Of a DNA stretch of 64,000 bases, positions 28,773 through 37,997 are shown one piece after another (position 1 is the stretch's first letter; every line of letters starts with the position of its first letter). The position numbers and the translations under genes were made by a program. Source of the stretch: Candidatus Latescibacterota bacterium (lineage in GTDB: Bacteria > Latescibacterota > UBA2968 > UBA8231). Where the stretch lies: assembly GCA_965223905.1 (NCBI GenBank), contig CBDCXV010000001.1, forward strand, positions 1,216,001 to 1,280,000, in the 5' to 3' direction. The notes below the pieces were generated by a model that saw only the letters and a program-made list of their open reading frames with translations, ran no database searches and was not told the origin of the DNA.

Positions 28773-29801
28773 TTATTCCCTCGGGAGTGGCAGGTCTATT
28801 CTCGCGTTGTCCCGGGCCTGGGACTGCAGGGCCGCGAGCATGATTTCCAGGGTGTCGCGGGCCCGCCGCGGGGGCGAGCTGCTCACCGCCGTCCCTTCGA
28901 TCATCTCCGCCAGCTCCTCTACCGCGGGGATGAGGGCGGCGCCGAAGGGGTCGGGGTAGGCGGCGCCGGTGTCGGAGGAGACCGGGATCAGGTTCCCCTG
29001 GGACTCCGAGGTGGTCCAGACCTGGCAGTGCTGGTCGCTGACCACGATGCGCCCGTTCGGCCCCTGCAGGTCGTACTCGGAAAACTGCGGCGTCAGCTTG
29101 GCGCTGTTGACCAGGGCGCGGACCCCGTTGGCGAATTCGACGATCAGGGTCGAGCCCGGGTCGTACTGCGGATCCCTGCCTCCCTTGCCGTCGTACACCA
29201 GGCCGTACTCCTCGAAGCCGCGTTCGTGGGCGGCGATCACCCAGACGGGGTCCGCCTCGGCATAGTAGCAGACCGCGTCGACGATGTGGGTGCCGTTGCG
29301 GAAGAGCATGGAGCGCCGGCCCCCCATGTGGGCGACGATGCGGGTCAGGGGGCCCAGGGCGCCGTCGCGCACGGCCCGGCGCATCTCCCGGTAGCGGGGA
29401 ATCCAGCTGCGGGTGTGGTCGACGGACATGCAGGTGCCGTTGCCCTCCACCGTGGCGATCATGCGGTCGGCGTCCTCCAGGGTGGTGGCCAGCGGTTTTT
29501 CGCAGAAGATCCCCCTGACGCCGGCCTCCGAGGCATCGCAGGTCGCCCCGGCGTGCAGGTGATCTGGGGTGGCGACGCTGACCACGTCGAGGTTTTCCCG
29601 CTCCAGCATGAGGCAGTAGTCGGTGTATTCGCCGATGCTGCCCGCGGGAATTTCCGCCCGCTCGTAAAACCGCGGCATGACACCGGGGTCGATGTCGCAG
29701 ACGGCGGCCAGGTCGTACCGGGGGGAACGGGCGTAGGCGTAGGCGTGGGAGCCGCCGAGGCCGCCGCCGATTACCGCGGCGCGCAAGGTGTCGTCGCTCA
29801 T
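28773..29801 (-). CDS. Gfo/Idh/MocA oxidoreductase
   Basis: VIGGG, VSVATPDHLH, CEKPLA, GTH. Confidence 0.92.
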   Translation of the reverse strand: MSDDTLRAAVIGGGLGGSHAYAYARSPRYDLAAVCDIDPGVMPRFYERAEIPAGSIGEYTDYCLMLERENLDVVSVATPDHLHAGATCDASEAGVRGIFCEKPLATTLEDADRMIATVEGNGTCMSVDHTRSWIPRYREMRRAVRDGALGPLTRIVAHMGGRRSMLFRNGTHIVDAVCYYAEADPVWVIAAHERGFEEYGLVYDGKGGRDPQYDPGSTLIVEFANGVRALVNSAKLTPQFSEYDLQGPNGRIVVSDQHCQVWTTSESQGNLIPVSSDTGAAYPDPFGAALIPAVEELAEMIEGTAVSSSPPRRARDTLEIMLAALQSQARDNARIDLPLPRE

Positions 29802-30015
29802 GTCATCTCCTTTTCAGCGATTTGGGGATTTCTCCGCCGGCAGGTCGGGAATGCCTACCCCCGGTCGCGTTGACCTGTGGCGCGAAAGGCCCGCGTGCCG
29901 GCAGAGCTCCGGGGGTTCCTCCGCTGGCAGGCAGGACATGCCCCGGCGGCGTTGGCCAGGTGAGTCAAAGGCCCGCGCGCCGGCGGCTCCGGGGGATTCG
30001 GCTGACAAACCCCCC

Positions 30016-31377
30016 TCAGACGATGCCGAAGGCGAGCATGGCGTCGGCGACTTTGCGGAAGCCGGCGATGTTGGCCCCGGCGAGGTAGTCGATGTTCCCC
30101 TCCTCGCCCCGGCCGTGCTCGGCGCAGCGGGCGTGGATGTCGCTCATTATCTGCTCGAGTTGCCGCTCCATGTCCTCCAGGGTCCACGAGAGTCGGGCGG
30201 AGTTCTGGCTCATCTCGAGACCGGAGACGGCGACGCCGCCGGCGTTGGCCGCCTTGGCCGGTCCGAACAGCACCCCGGCCTCCCGGAACAGCTCGACGGC
30301 GTCCGACTCGCTCGGCATGTTGGCCCCCTCGCAGACGGCGCGCACGCCGTTGCCGATCAGTGTCTGGGCGTCCTCCGCCGACACCTCGTTCTGGGTGGCG
30401 CAGGGCAGGGCTACGTCGCAGGGCACGCCCCAGGGGCGGGCCCCGGCGTGGTAGGCGACGCCGGGGTATGCGTCGGCGTATTCCGAGATGCGACCGCGGC
30501 GGACCTCCTTGAGGTCCTTGAGGAAGTCGAGCTTCTCCTCGCCGATGCCGTCCGGGTCGTGCACGAACCCTGCTGAATCGGACAGGGTCTGCACCCGGCC
30601 CCCGAGCTGGATCAGCTTCTCCGCGGCGTGCAGCGAGACGTTGCCCGAACCGGAGATGTTGGCGCGCAGCCCCTCCATCCCCTCGCCGGCCTCGGCGAGC
30701 ATGTGCGACAGGAAAAGCACCGCCCCGTACCCGGTCGCCTCGCTGCGGATCAGGCTGCCCCCGAACTCGAGCCCCTTGCCGGTGAGCACCCCCTCGAAGG
30801 CCCCGGTGATGCGCTTGTACTGGCCGAACATGAAGCCGATCTCGCGCGCCCCGACGCCGATGTCGCCGGCGGGCACGTCGACGTGGGAACCGACGTGGCG
30901 GTAGAGCTCGGTGGTGAAGGCCTGGCAGAAGCGCATCACCTCGCCGTCCGACTTCCCCTTGGGATTGAAGTTGGCGCCCCCCTTGCCGGCCCCCATCGGC
31001 AGGCCGGTCAGGCTGTTCTTGAAGGTCTGTTCGAAGGCGAGGAACTTGAGCACGCTCGGGGTCACCGTGTGCGAGAAGCGCAGTCCCCCCTTGTAGGGGC
31101 CTATGGCGTTGTTCATCTGCACGCGGTAGCCGCGGTTGACGCGGATCTCGCCGGCGTCGTCCTGCCAGGAGACGCGGAAGGAGACGGTCCGGTCCGGCTC
31201 GGTCATGCGCTCGAGGATCCGGTACTCCCGGTAGACGGGGTGGCGGTCGATGTAGGGCAGCAGCGCTTCGGCCACCTCGCGGACCGCCTGGTGAAACTCC
31301 ACCTCGCCCGGGTTGCGGATCGCCAGGCCGTCCATGAACCGGGCGAGCTCGGGATGGGGTTCTTTCCTGTCTGTCAT
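30016..31377 (-). CDS. gdhA: NADP-specific glutamate dehydrogenase
   Basis: GPYKGGLRF, FEQTFKNSLT, DVPAGDIGVG, GSGNV, KAANAGGVAVS. Confidence 0.96.
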   Translation of the reverse strand: MTDRKEPHPELARFMDGLAIRNPGEVEFHQAVREVAEALLPYIDRHPVYREYRILERMTEPDRTVSFRVSWQDDAGEIRVNRGYRVQMNNAIGPYKGGLRFSHTVTPSVLKFLAFEQTFKNSLTGLPMGAGKGGANFNPKGKSDGEVMRFCQAFTTELYRHVGSHVDVPAGDIGVGAREIGFMFGQYKRITGAFEGVLTGKGLEFGGSLIRSEATGYGAVLFLSHMLAEAGEGMEGLRANISGSGNVSLHAAEKLIQLGGRVQTLSDSAGFVHDPDGIGEEKLDFLKDLKEVRRGRISEYADAYPGVAYHAGARPWGVPCDVALPCATQNEVSAEDAQTLIGNGVRAVCEGANMPSESDAVELFREAGVLFGPAKAANAGGVAVSGLEMSQNSARLSWTLEDMERQLEQIMSDIHARCAEHGRGEEGNIDYLAGANIAGFRKVADAMLAFGIV

Positions 31378-31439
31378 GTTCGCTTCCTCTCAGAGGGTTT
31401 GTCCCGGGAACGGGGATGAGGTCCCCGGGGCGGTGGACC

Positions 31440-31646
31440 CGTTACCGTATCGCCGTTCCCGGCGCCTTGCCCTTGTTGCCGAACCAGGTATTGAACGCCT
31501 GCGACCAGTGGGAGATCCCCCGGATGGCCGTGGTTCTTGCCGCAGTTGTTCGGACCGATGAGGACGGTCGGATGGCCCAGATCGATGCGCTCAGTTTCCC
31601 CGAAACGCTTGAAGTTGCGGATTTCCAGGTAGTGGAGAAGTCTCAT
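31440..31646 (-). pseudogene. N-terminal stub of an AAA_15/OLD-like ABC ATPase
   Basis: MRLLHYLEIRNFKRFGETERIDLGHPTVLIGPNNCGK, frameshift just after Walker A, rest missing. Confidence 0.75.
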
Positions 31647-32488
31647 GCAGGGAGTCCGGCCAGGCGCCGCAACCCGGCTTCGCGCGGCTCCTCGGCCCGG
31701 CGGAGGGCGATCTCGGGAACGTGCAGCTCCTGCAGCACCTCCGGCTCGGCGCGCACGAAGCCCTCGGCGTAGCCGACGCGAGCTGACCAGCCTGCGCTTC
31801 CCGCCCCGATTTCCACCCGCTTGCGCGCGAACTCGTCGAACTGGCCCTGGCTCTCGAACAGCGTTTCCGCCTCGATGCGCTTGTCGCGCCACTCCGTGAT
31901 GTCGACGTAGAAATCGATCTCGTTGAGGGTGAAGTAGGCGCCGAGGTAGTAGGTCACCGCGGTGGTATGGGGTCTTTCCCGGGTCTCGTAATTCGGCATC
32001 GAGGCGAGGCCGCGCGCCTCGAGAACGGCGATCGCGGTTTCGTTGTGGTCGTCGCGGGCCATCAGGGCCATGCCGTTGCGCGCGTCGTAGTAGGGCTTCT
32101 GGGTGATCAGGACGTGCGGGCGCACGTCGTAGAAGACCTGCCGCAGATCGTCGACGACCCCGGGGTTCTTCTCGATGCGGAACGGCTGCGGCCACTGCAT
32201 GATGCGCACGTCTGAAACGCCGAAGAGTCCGCAGACCTGCCTGACTTCGGCCGCCTTGATTTCGGCGTAGTCCTCCGGGCCCTGGTTGACGACCTGCGGA
32301 TCGCGCTCCGCCTCCGGTTTCAGCAGCTCGTCGTGGAGCCGCTCGTTGTGGGTCTGGGCGCCGCTGGTGACGGTGACCAGGGTGACGGAGTCGCCGCGGG
32401 CGGCGTGAATGCCGCAGGTGGCGGAGCAGTGGGTGAAGTCGTGCGGGTGGGCGACGACGACGAGAATGCGCAGTGGGGTTTCGCTCAT
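31643..32488 (-). CDS. PIG-L/LmbE family deacetylase
   Basis: ILVVVAHPHD, VTSG, DDH, YVDIT..YAEGF; start MSETPLR at 32488. Confidence 0.85.
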   Translation of the reverse strand: MSETPLRILVVVAHPHDFTHCSATCGIHAARGDSVTLVTVTSGAQTHNERLHDELLKPEAERDPQVVNQGPEDYAEIKAAEVRQVCGLFGVSDVRIMQWPQPFRIEKNPGVVDDLRQVFYDVRPHVLITQKPYYDARNGMALMARDDHNETAIAVLEARGLASMPNYETRERPHTTAVTYYLGAYFTLNEIDFYVDITEWRDKRIEAETLFESQGQFDEFARKRVEIGAGSAGWSARVGYAEGFVRAEPEVLQELHVPEIALRRAEEPREAGLRRLAGLPA

Positions 32489-33270
32489 GCTGTCCTCTGT
32501 TCGATGGCCGGCACCGGGGCGTACTGGTTGTGACCGCAGGAACGGTCCTCGCCTCGTACCAGGTAGATGAAATGATTGCGGGCGTGGCCGGGTGGATGGT
32601 GGTGGCGCACGTCCGCGGGGAAGTAGCGCATGGTGTACCCGCACCGCCTTTCCGCGGAGCGGTTGGCGTTGGAGGCGTGCAGGGTGAAGGCGTCGTGGAA
32701 GTGGCACTCCCCGGTCCGCAGCTCCAGGTCGACGACGCCGGCATCTGACAGATCAGAGCCGACTACCTCCCGCGAAAAGAGGTACCCTTCCTTGCGTATC
32801 TCCTCGTAGCTCAGCCCGCGGCGGCGGTGGCTGCCGGCCACCACCCGCATGCAGCCGTTCTCGACGCGGGACTCGTCGACCGCCAGCCACATGGTGATCA
32901 CCTTCATCGGCTGCAGCCTCTCCCCCCAGTAGACGCCGTCCTGGTGCCAGGGAACGGCGAGGCCGTCGTCGCGGCGCTTGCTGATGAAATGACTGGACCA
33001 GAGCACGATGTCGGGCCCGATGAAGCGCTCGATGACGTCGAGCACTCGCGGGTGGGCGAGGTACTGGAACAGGAACGGGTGCCGGAAGTGGGGGACGTCG
33101 AGGGACTCGGGCCGCTGCTCTGGCGGCAGGGCCGCGATCATGTCGCCGACGTAGTGCCGCAGCTCCTCCAGCTCGGGCTCGGTGAAGATGCGGCCGAAGG
33201 TCAGGTAGCCGTTTTCCCGGTAGAAGCGAACCTGCTCGTCGGTGGCGGTGGTTTCGGTTTTCCAGCTCAT
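32485..33270 (-). CDS. Phytanoyl-CoA dioxygenase (PhyH) family
   Basis: WHQDG, WLAVD..ENGCM..GSH, LH.S.AN.S..RR. Confidence 0.92.
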   Translation of the reverse strand: MSWKTETTATDEQVRFYRENGYLTFGRIFTEPELEELRHYVGDMIAALPPEQRPESLDVPHFRHPFLFQYLAHPRVLDVIERFIGPDIVLWSSHFISKRRDDGLAVPWHQDGVYWGERLQPMKVITMWLAVDESRVENGCMRVVAGSHRRRGLSYEEIRKEGYLFSREVVGSDLSDAGVVDLELRTGECHFHDAFTLHASNANRSAERRCGYTMRYFPADVRHHHPPGHARNHFIYLVRGEDRSCGHNQYAPVPAIEQRTA

Positions 33271-33374
33271 GCGGGGCCTGGTCTGTTGCGAACTCGAGGC
33301 GGATTCGAACGTCTCAAAACAAGCCGTTGATAAAGTTGTTCCGCAGGCGCGGCCGAGTCATGGCGGTCGAAGAC

Positions 33375-33432
33375 TTGGGGCAGAAAAATCACGAAATCGG
33401 ATCCGACCCCTACCTGGATTTTTCTGCCCCAA
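33375..33432. repeat. Perfect 16-bp inverted repeat, REP-like hairpin
   Basis: TTGGGGCAGAAAAATC, 26 nt spacer, GATTTTTCTGCCCCAA. Confidence 0.7.
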
Positions 33433-33568
33433 CAAGGCGCCCGACCGAGTCGAATCGCAGGAGATCCGGGGAGGAGCCCCCGGTCTGCCAAGGCCGGCCG
33501 CAGCGCCGGATTAGCTTTTTCAACGGGCTGACAAGGCAGACAATATCGCAAAAACCGGAGGGAGTGAC

Positions 33569-34129
33569 ATGACCGCGCACAGTCGTTGGGTGGCGATTTT
33601 CGCCGTGGCAGCCGCGGGCTGCTCGTCGGTGGAGACGGAGCACCCGGTAACCGACCGTCCCGAGGCGCTCGACAAAGACCGGCTGGAGGGGGCGTGGCTC
33701 TTCGAAGACGAGATCCTCCACCTGAAGTTCGGCAGCGACAACGTCGGCCAGATGGGGTCACTGGAATGGAAGGATGGCGAGTTCCGCGTCATGCGCGCCG
33801 AATTCGTCGTCGTCCACGCCGGGGAGGGCCGTTACGCAAGCCTGAGGTTCGATGACGACGAAGCCGGCTCCTACGGGTTGCTGAACTACGACTTCGCATC
33901 CAACGGGGATCTGCTCGTTCGCGTTGAGCCGACCGACGAGTTCGAGCGGGCAATCGCCGCCGGGCGGCTGCGCGGACAGGTCAAAAAGGACGGGAAGGAC
34001 ACGGAGATAATGCTGGCGAGCCCGTCGGACACCCTGCTCACCTTCCTGTCGTCCGCCTCTCCCAACCAGCTGTTCGGAGGCGAGGCGTTTGTTCTGAGAA
34101 AGCTAACCGTCCCCGGCGGAGTGGAATGA
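33569..34129 (+). CDS. Hypothetical lipoprotein
   Basis: GGAG RBS; lipobox AAGC; 186 aa. Confidence 0.75.
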   Translation: MTAHSRWVAIFAVAAAGCSSVETEHPVTDRPEALDKDRLEGAWLFEDEILHLKFGSDNVGQMGSLEWKDGEFRVMRAEFVVVHAGEGRYASLRFDDDEAGSYGLLNYDFASNGDLLVRVEPTDEFERAIAAGRLRGQVKKDGKDTEIMLASPSDTLLTFLSSASPNQLFGGEAFVLRKLTVPGGVE

Positions 34130-35161
34130 CAGCGGTTCCCCCGGCGCCAGGGCCCGCTTCACAAGCGCCCCGAATGGGGTGAGCCTGGTGCGGCTAGGAG
34201 AGGTGAACATGCTCGGCGTCCAGGCGTGGTCCCAGATCCAGGCGGTCCAGCCGAGCCCCAGCTCCTCGCAGTAGCGGACCAGGGACTCCCCGTATCTGCG
34301 CATGCTCGCCGGGTGTCCGGCGCCGAATCCCCATTCCCCGAGAAACACCGGGCTGGTCGTCGAAAGCCTGGAAACCACCTTCTTCCAGGACTCGCCGACC
34401 CAGGGGTACGGGTGGATCTCGTAGACGATGCCGTCCCGGCGCACCGGGTCGGAGAGCGCTCCCTCCAGCTCGCTCGCGAAGTCGACCCCGGAGACCAGGA
34501 TCAGGGCCTCGGGGTGCTGGTCCCGCACCGTGTCGACGAGCTGCTCGGCGACCGGGCGCCACTCGCTCCAGGAGATGAACGCCGGCTCGTTGAAGACGCT
34601 GTAGAGGACCCACGGCTTGTCGCGGTAGCGGGCGGCGATCTCGGTATTGAAGGCGATCGCCAGCCCGAGGTCGGGGTCGTAGGGGTTGCCGTTCCAGGGC
34701 GGGTCGTAGCCCCAGGGGGTATCCTCGACCTCGCCGGTCAGCGGGTTGCCGTGGGCGTGGTACCCCAGCAGCAGGTAGAGCTCCCGTTCCCCCGCCCACT
34801 CGACCAGGGGATCGACGAAATCGCGCAGGTACGTCGGGTGGTTGGACATCAGGTCGGGATGCATCGGCACGCGGACGATGCCGGCGTTCCACTCGACGGC
34901 CAGGGTTTCGATATCCCGCTCGCTGGGGTTGGGGGAGTAGCGGGAAGCTCGGCCGATCAGCGGGTCGACGACGGCCACCCCCCGCAGGATCACGTCGGAG
35001 CCGTCGGCCCCGACAATGCGGTTCTCCTCGACGTGGAGGGCGGTGAACGATCCCGGGCGCTCCGGCGCCGCCGGCTCGGTGGGCAGCTCGCCGCAGGCGA
35101 ACAGCGACAGCGCCAGGGCCGCGGCCTGGGAGAGGCGAAAGATGGACGGGAGCACGGCCAT
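34103..35161 (-). CDS. GH5 (cellulase family) glycoside hydrolase, lipoprotein
   Basis: Lipobox LFAC; VRVP, FNEP acid/base, HPY, FLGEWG nucleophile, GWTAW. Confidence 0.9.
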   Translation of the reverse strand: MAVLPSIFRLSQAAALALSLFACGELPTEPAAPERPGSFTALHVEENRIVGADGSDVILRGVAVVDPLIGRASRYSPNPSERDIETLAVEWNAGIVRVPMHPDLMSNHPTYLRDFVDPLVEWAGERELYLLLGYHAHGNPLTGEVEDTPWGYDPPWNGNPYDPDLGLAIAFNTEIAARYRDKPWVLYSVFNEPAFISWSEWRPVAEQLVDTVRDQHPEALILVSGVDFASELEGALSDPVRRDGIVYEIHPYPWVGESWKKVVSRLSTTSPVFLGEWGFGAGHPASMRRYGESLVRYCEELGLGWTAWIWDHAWTPSMFTSPSRTRLTPFGALVKRALAPGEPLSFHSAGDG

Positions 35162-35308
35162 TCTCCGGCGCCCGGTGCCTCGTAGAACGACACAACCGCC
35201 TCCTGCAAGAAGATTCATGCAGGGTCAGGTTAATGCATCCCCGACGGGGACGCGGACATTCTGCTGATCTCCCCTACGGCTGATTCCGGGATTAACGAAT
35301 ACTGCCGG

Positions 35309-35650
35309 TCAACCCGCATCGCTGATTTCAACCAGAAGCTCCCCCTTGGTTACCAACTCGAGGGCATCCGGAAGGGTTTTCGATAAGATCGTTCTCAAGC
35401 GTGCATTCGAAGTATTTCCGCAGGTAATCCAGATTACTTTCGGGGGAGACCCCAGACGTCCCGACAGCTCGACAAAGTCTCGATCCTTGGTTATCACAAT
35501 CGCGTCAGCTTCCCGCGCGGAGTTAAAAACATCGAGATCCTCAGCCTCCCTGAGACCCAGATCGCGCACATGGACAATATCCAAGCCAAAGGCATCGCGA
35601 ATCCACGGGGCGAGCCTTGGGGAAATTTGAGCGTCGAGCCAAAGGGTCAT
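35309..35650 (-). CDS. DUF5615 PIN-like toxin
   Basis: WLDAQISP..HVRDLGL..D..I.TKDRDF..PPKVIW. Confidence 0.9.
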   Translation of the reverse strand: MTLWLDAQISPRLAPWIRDAFGLDIVHVRDLGLREAEDLDVFNSAREADAIVITKDRDFVELSGRLGSPPKVIWITCGNTSNARLRTILSKTLPDALELVTKGELLVEISDAG

Positions 35651-35871
35651 GCAGCGAGTACCGGATGATCAAGCCGCTCACTGGCGAAGCGAAGACAGGC
35701 GCGAATATCCTCGGATTCAAGGTCGGGATGATCGGCCAAGATCTGTTCAATAGTCGAGTCGTGGGCGAGTAAATCCAGCACATCCGTAACGCGAATCCGC
35801 ATTCCTCGAATACAGGGTCGTCCCCCACACTGCTTCGGGTTCACCGTAATACGATCTGATAGAATTGCCAT
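35647..35871 (-). CDS. DUF433 antitoxin
   Basis: RITVNPKQCGGRPCIRGMRIRV..ILADHPDLESEDI. Confidence 0.92.
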   Translation of the reverse strand: MAILSDRITVNPKQCGGRPCIRGMRIRVTDVLDLLAHDSTIEQILADHPDLESEDIRACLRFASERLDHPVLAA

Positions 35872-36144
35872 AGCTGTTCCTTTCCTACCCGGTTTGTTTA
35901 TTCTCATTCCCTCTCTGTTTTCAAAATGGTATAGTAGTAACAATGGTTTATACCTGCTACCATCATGTACTCGCCTGGATCGGAATGACAATGGGTGTGG
36001 GTGCCCTTTAATCCGAATCCCCACCGCTTGGGATCCCGGGAATGGGTGTCTCCGAGTCTGCTTCCCATGGGAGTTACATGATGCTGTGCGAATGTTTGGG
36101 CACGGGTTTCATCTGCGTGATTCGGGGGGTTCGTCGGTCTCCCG

Positions 36145-36253
36145 CAGCACCTCGAACCCGGACTAATCCACTTCAACCAGCTCGACAAGCAACCCGTTCC
36201 TGACCCAGCCAAACTCCGGGTTGATCTCCAGCGCCCTTTCAAAGGCAGCGCGC
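36145..36253 (-). repeat. Second copy of the TPR gene 3' end (pairs with 36959-37069)
   Basis: About 110-bp direct repeat encoding AAFERALEINPEFGWV.NGLLV; the two copies bracket higBA. Confidence 0.9.
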
Positions 36254-36270
36254 TCAGGTTCCCATCCAAT

Positions 36271-36567
36271 TCAGGCCGCGTGTATCCGAACTTGATCCAG
36301 TCTGTCGGCCAAGGTTTCCAGGGTCGTTTCAAGATCATACCGGGTTTGGAGATTCATCCAGAATTGCGCTTCCATCCCGAAAAAGCGCCCCAGACGCAAG
36401 GCCGTATCCGCGGTGATTCCCCGCTTCCCGTGCACGATTTCATTGATGCGACGTGGCGGCACACAGATGGCCTGAGCCAGGTGATATTGGCTCATCTGCA
36501 TGGGCTTGAGAAAATCCTCCAAAAGGATTTCACCCGGATGGACAGGGGGGAAGTCACGCTTTGTCAT
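36271..36567 (-). CDS. higA: HigA antitoxin
   Basis: PVHPGEILLEDFL..RINEIVHGKRGITADTALRL..FWMNLQ. Confidence 0.95.
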   Translation of the reverse strand: MTKRDFPPVHPGEILLEDFLKPMQMSQYHLAQAICVPPRRINEIVHGKRGITADTALRLGRFFGMEAQFWMNLQTRYDLETTLETLADRLDQVRIHAA

Positions 36568-36578
36568 TTCGTCTCTCC

Positions 36579-36860
36579 TCAGTGGTAATCGACGATCTCG
36601 ACGTCAAAGGCATCCCCGCTCCGCCACACAAAGCACACCCGCCACTGATCGTTAACACGAAGGCTGTGTTGCCCCCGTCGATCTCCGCTCAACGCTTCGA
36701 GTCGGTCGCCAGGGGGTACACGCAAGGTAGCAAGGACCGTGGCGGCGTTGAGTTGCTCGAGCTTGCGAGCCGCCACCCGTTGAATATCCTGCGGCAGTTT
36801 GCGGGAAAATCGGCCGCTGAAAACTTTCCCGGTTTCCTTGTCCTTGAATGATTTGATCAT
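36579..36860 (-). CDS. higB: HigB toxin (RelE-like)
   Basis: MIKSFKDK..LRVPPGDRLE.L.GDR.GQHSLRVNDQWRVCF..DYH. Confidence 0.95.
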   Translation of the reverse strand: MIKSFKDKETGKVFSGRFSRKLPQDIQRVAARKLEQLNAATVLATLRVPPGDRLEALSGDRRGQHSLRVNDQWRVCFVWRSGDAFDVEIVDYH

Positions 36861-36865
36861 ACCAA

Positions 36866-36900
36866 TGCATAACGACTTCCGTTAATAACGTCAACCGTTA
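36866..36900 (-). promoter_or_regulatory. higBA promoter with two palindromic operators
   Basis: TAACG-N5-CGTTA at 36870-36884 and 36886-36900; TTGACG-17-TATGCA ending 5 nt before the ATG (probably leaderless). Confidence 0.7.
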
Positions 36901-36987
36901 TCGGTGGCTTTTCGGATGTGTATCCGGGGCGCTCGGGACAGTGCAAGGACCTGATCGACAGCACCGCGAACCCGGAACTAATCCCCT

Positions 36988-37746
36988 TCATTCAGCTCGT
37001 ACAAGCAACCCGTTCTTGACCCAGCCGAACTCCGGGTTGATCTCCAGCGCCCTTTCAAAGGCGGCGCGCGCCGGCTCCTTTTCGCCCCTGTCCGCGTGGG
37101 CGATCCCCAGCCAGGCCCAGGCCTGGCTGTGTCCCCATTCCGGCTGGATGGGATCGCCCGGCATTTCCCGGGCAAACAGTTCCGTGGCTCGCCGGAACCC
37201 CTGCATCCCCCTCTCCTTGCTCCCCCCCAACACCTGGGGAGTGTTGTAATCGTTCAAGGCCGCGCATAGTACGACGCGCGGATTGTCCGGTGCGATCTCC
37301 CGGGCTTTTTCGAGGGCCTTGCCGATTCTGCGGCCCAGAAGTATCCATTTGACCGGGTTCAGGGCGATCTGCCTTCCGTACGCGCTCGAAAGCAGGGCAT
37401 GGGCTTCGGCTGACCTGGGGTCGAGGCGAAGGGTTTCCCGCAGATGCTCGACCGCTGATTTCAGGTGCAGGGAAGCCTGCTTTTTGTCGTCGGTCCGGCC
37501 AAGCAGGTAGTTGACGATGCTGTGATCCGCCAGGGCGATGTAGTAGTGGCCCCAGGCGGACAGACCTGTATCGGCAAGGACCCGCTCGAACATCCCCCTG
37601 GCGGCGTGCATGGTATCGAGGCTTCCGGCATTCACCCCTGCCTGCAGCACCTGTTTTCCACGGACGATCAGGCTGTCGCCCCACTGGGCGGGTACGGGAT
37701 GGGGGACTGAGAAAAGGACAACCAGTGACAGCTGATAGAATCGCAC
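36988..37746 (-). CDS. Secreted TPR protein
   Basis: Signal peptide; TPR motifs LDPRSAEAHALL, APDNPR, ALEINP. Confidence 0.85.
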   Translation of the reverse strand: MRFYQLSLVVLFSVPHPVPAQWGDSLIVRGKQVLQAGVNAGSLDTMHAARGMFERVLADTGLSAWGHYYIALADHSIVNYLLGRTDDKKQASLHLKSAVEHLRETLRLDPRSAEAHALLSSAYGRQIALNPVKWILLGRRIGKALEKAREIAPDNPRVVLCAALNDYNTPQVLGGSKERGMQGFRRATELFAREMPGDPIQPEWGHSQAWAWLGIAHADRGEKEPARAAFERALEINPEFGWVKNGLLVRAE

Positions 37747-37997
37747 TTGTGGCCTTGGTTGAGGTCGATAACTCGAAGCCAGGCTGACACCAGAATAACG
37801 GGACCGGCGAAAGAGGGTTCCCGGCCGGCCCCTGATGGTCCGGGTTGAAGTCGCAGCCGGGACATTTACCCGATCGAGCAGGTGGCCAACTGCCGGGGTA
37901 ACCGTTCGAACAGCCTCCAGGAGGAAATTATTTCACGCTCAGGCGTTACGTTCCTTGCTGTTCGCGCATCTTACTCAGGGATTCAGCAAAAATCGAC

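Noticed and set aside
36145-37069. Possible DGR template/variable repeat pair
   Set aside because: Differences include indels and are not adenine-specific; no reverse transcriptase in the window
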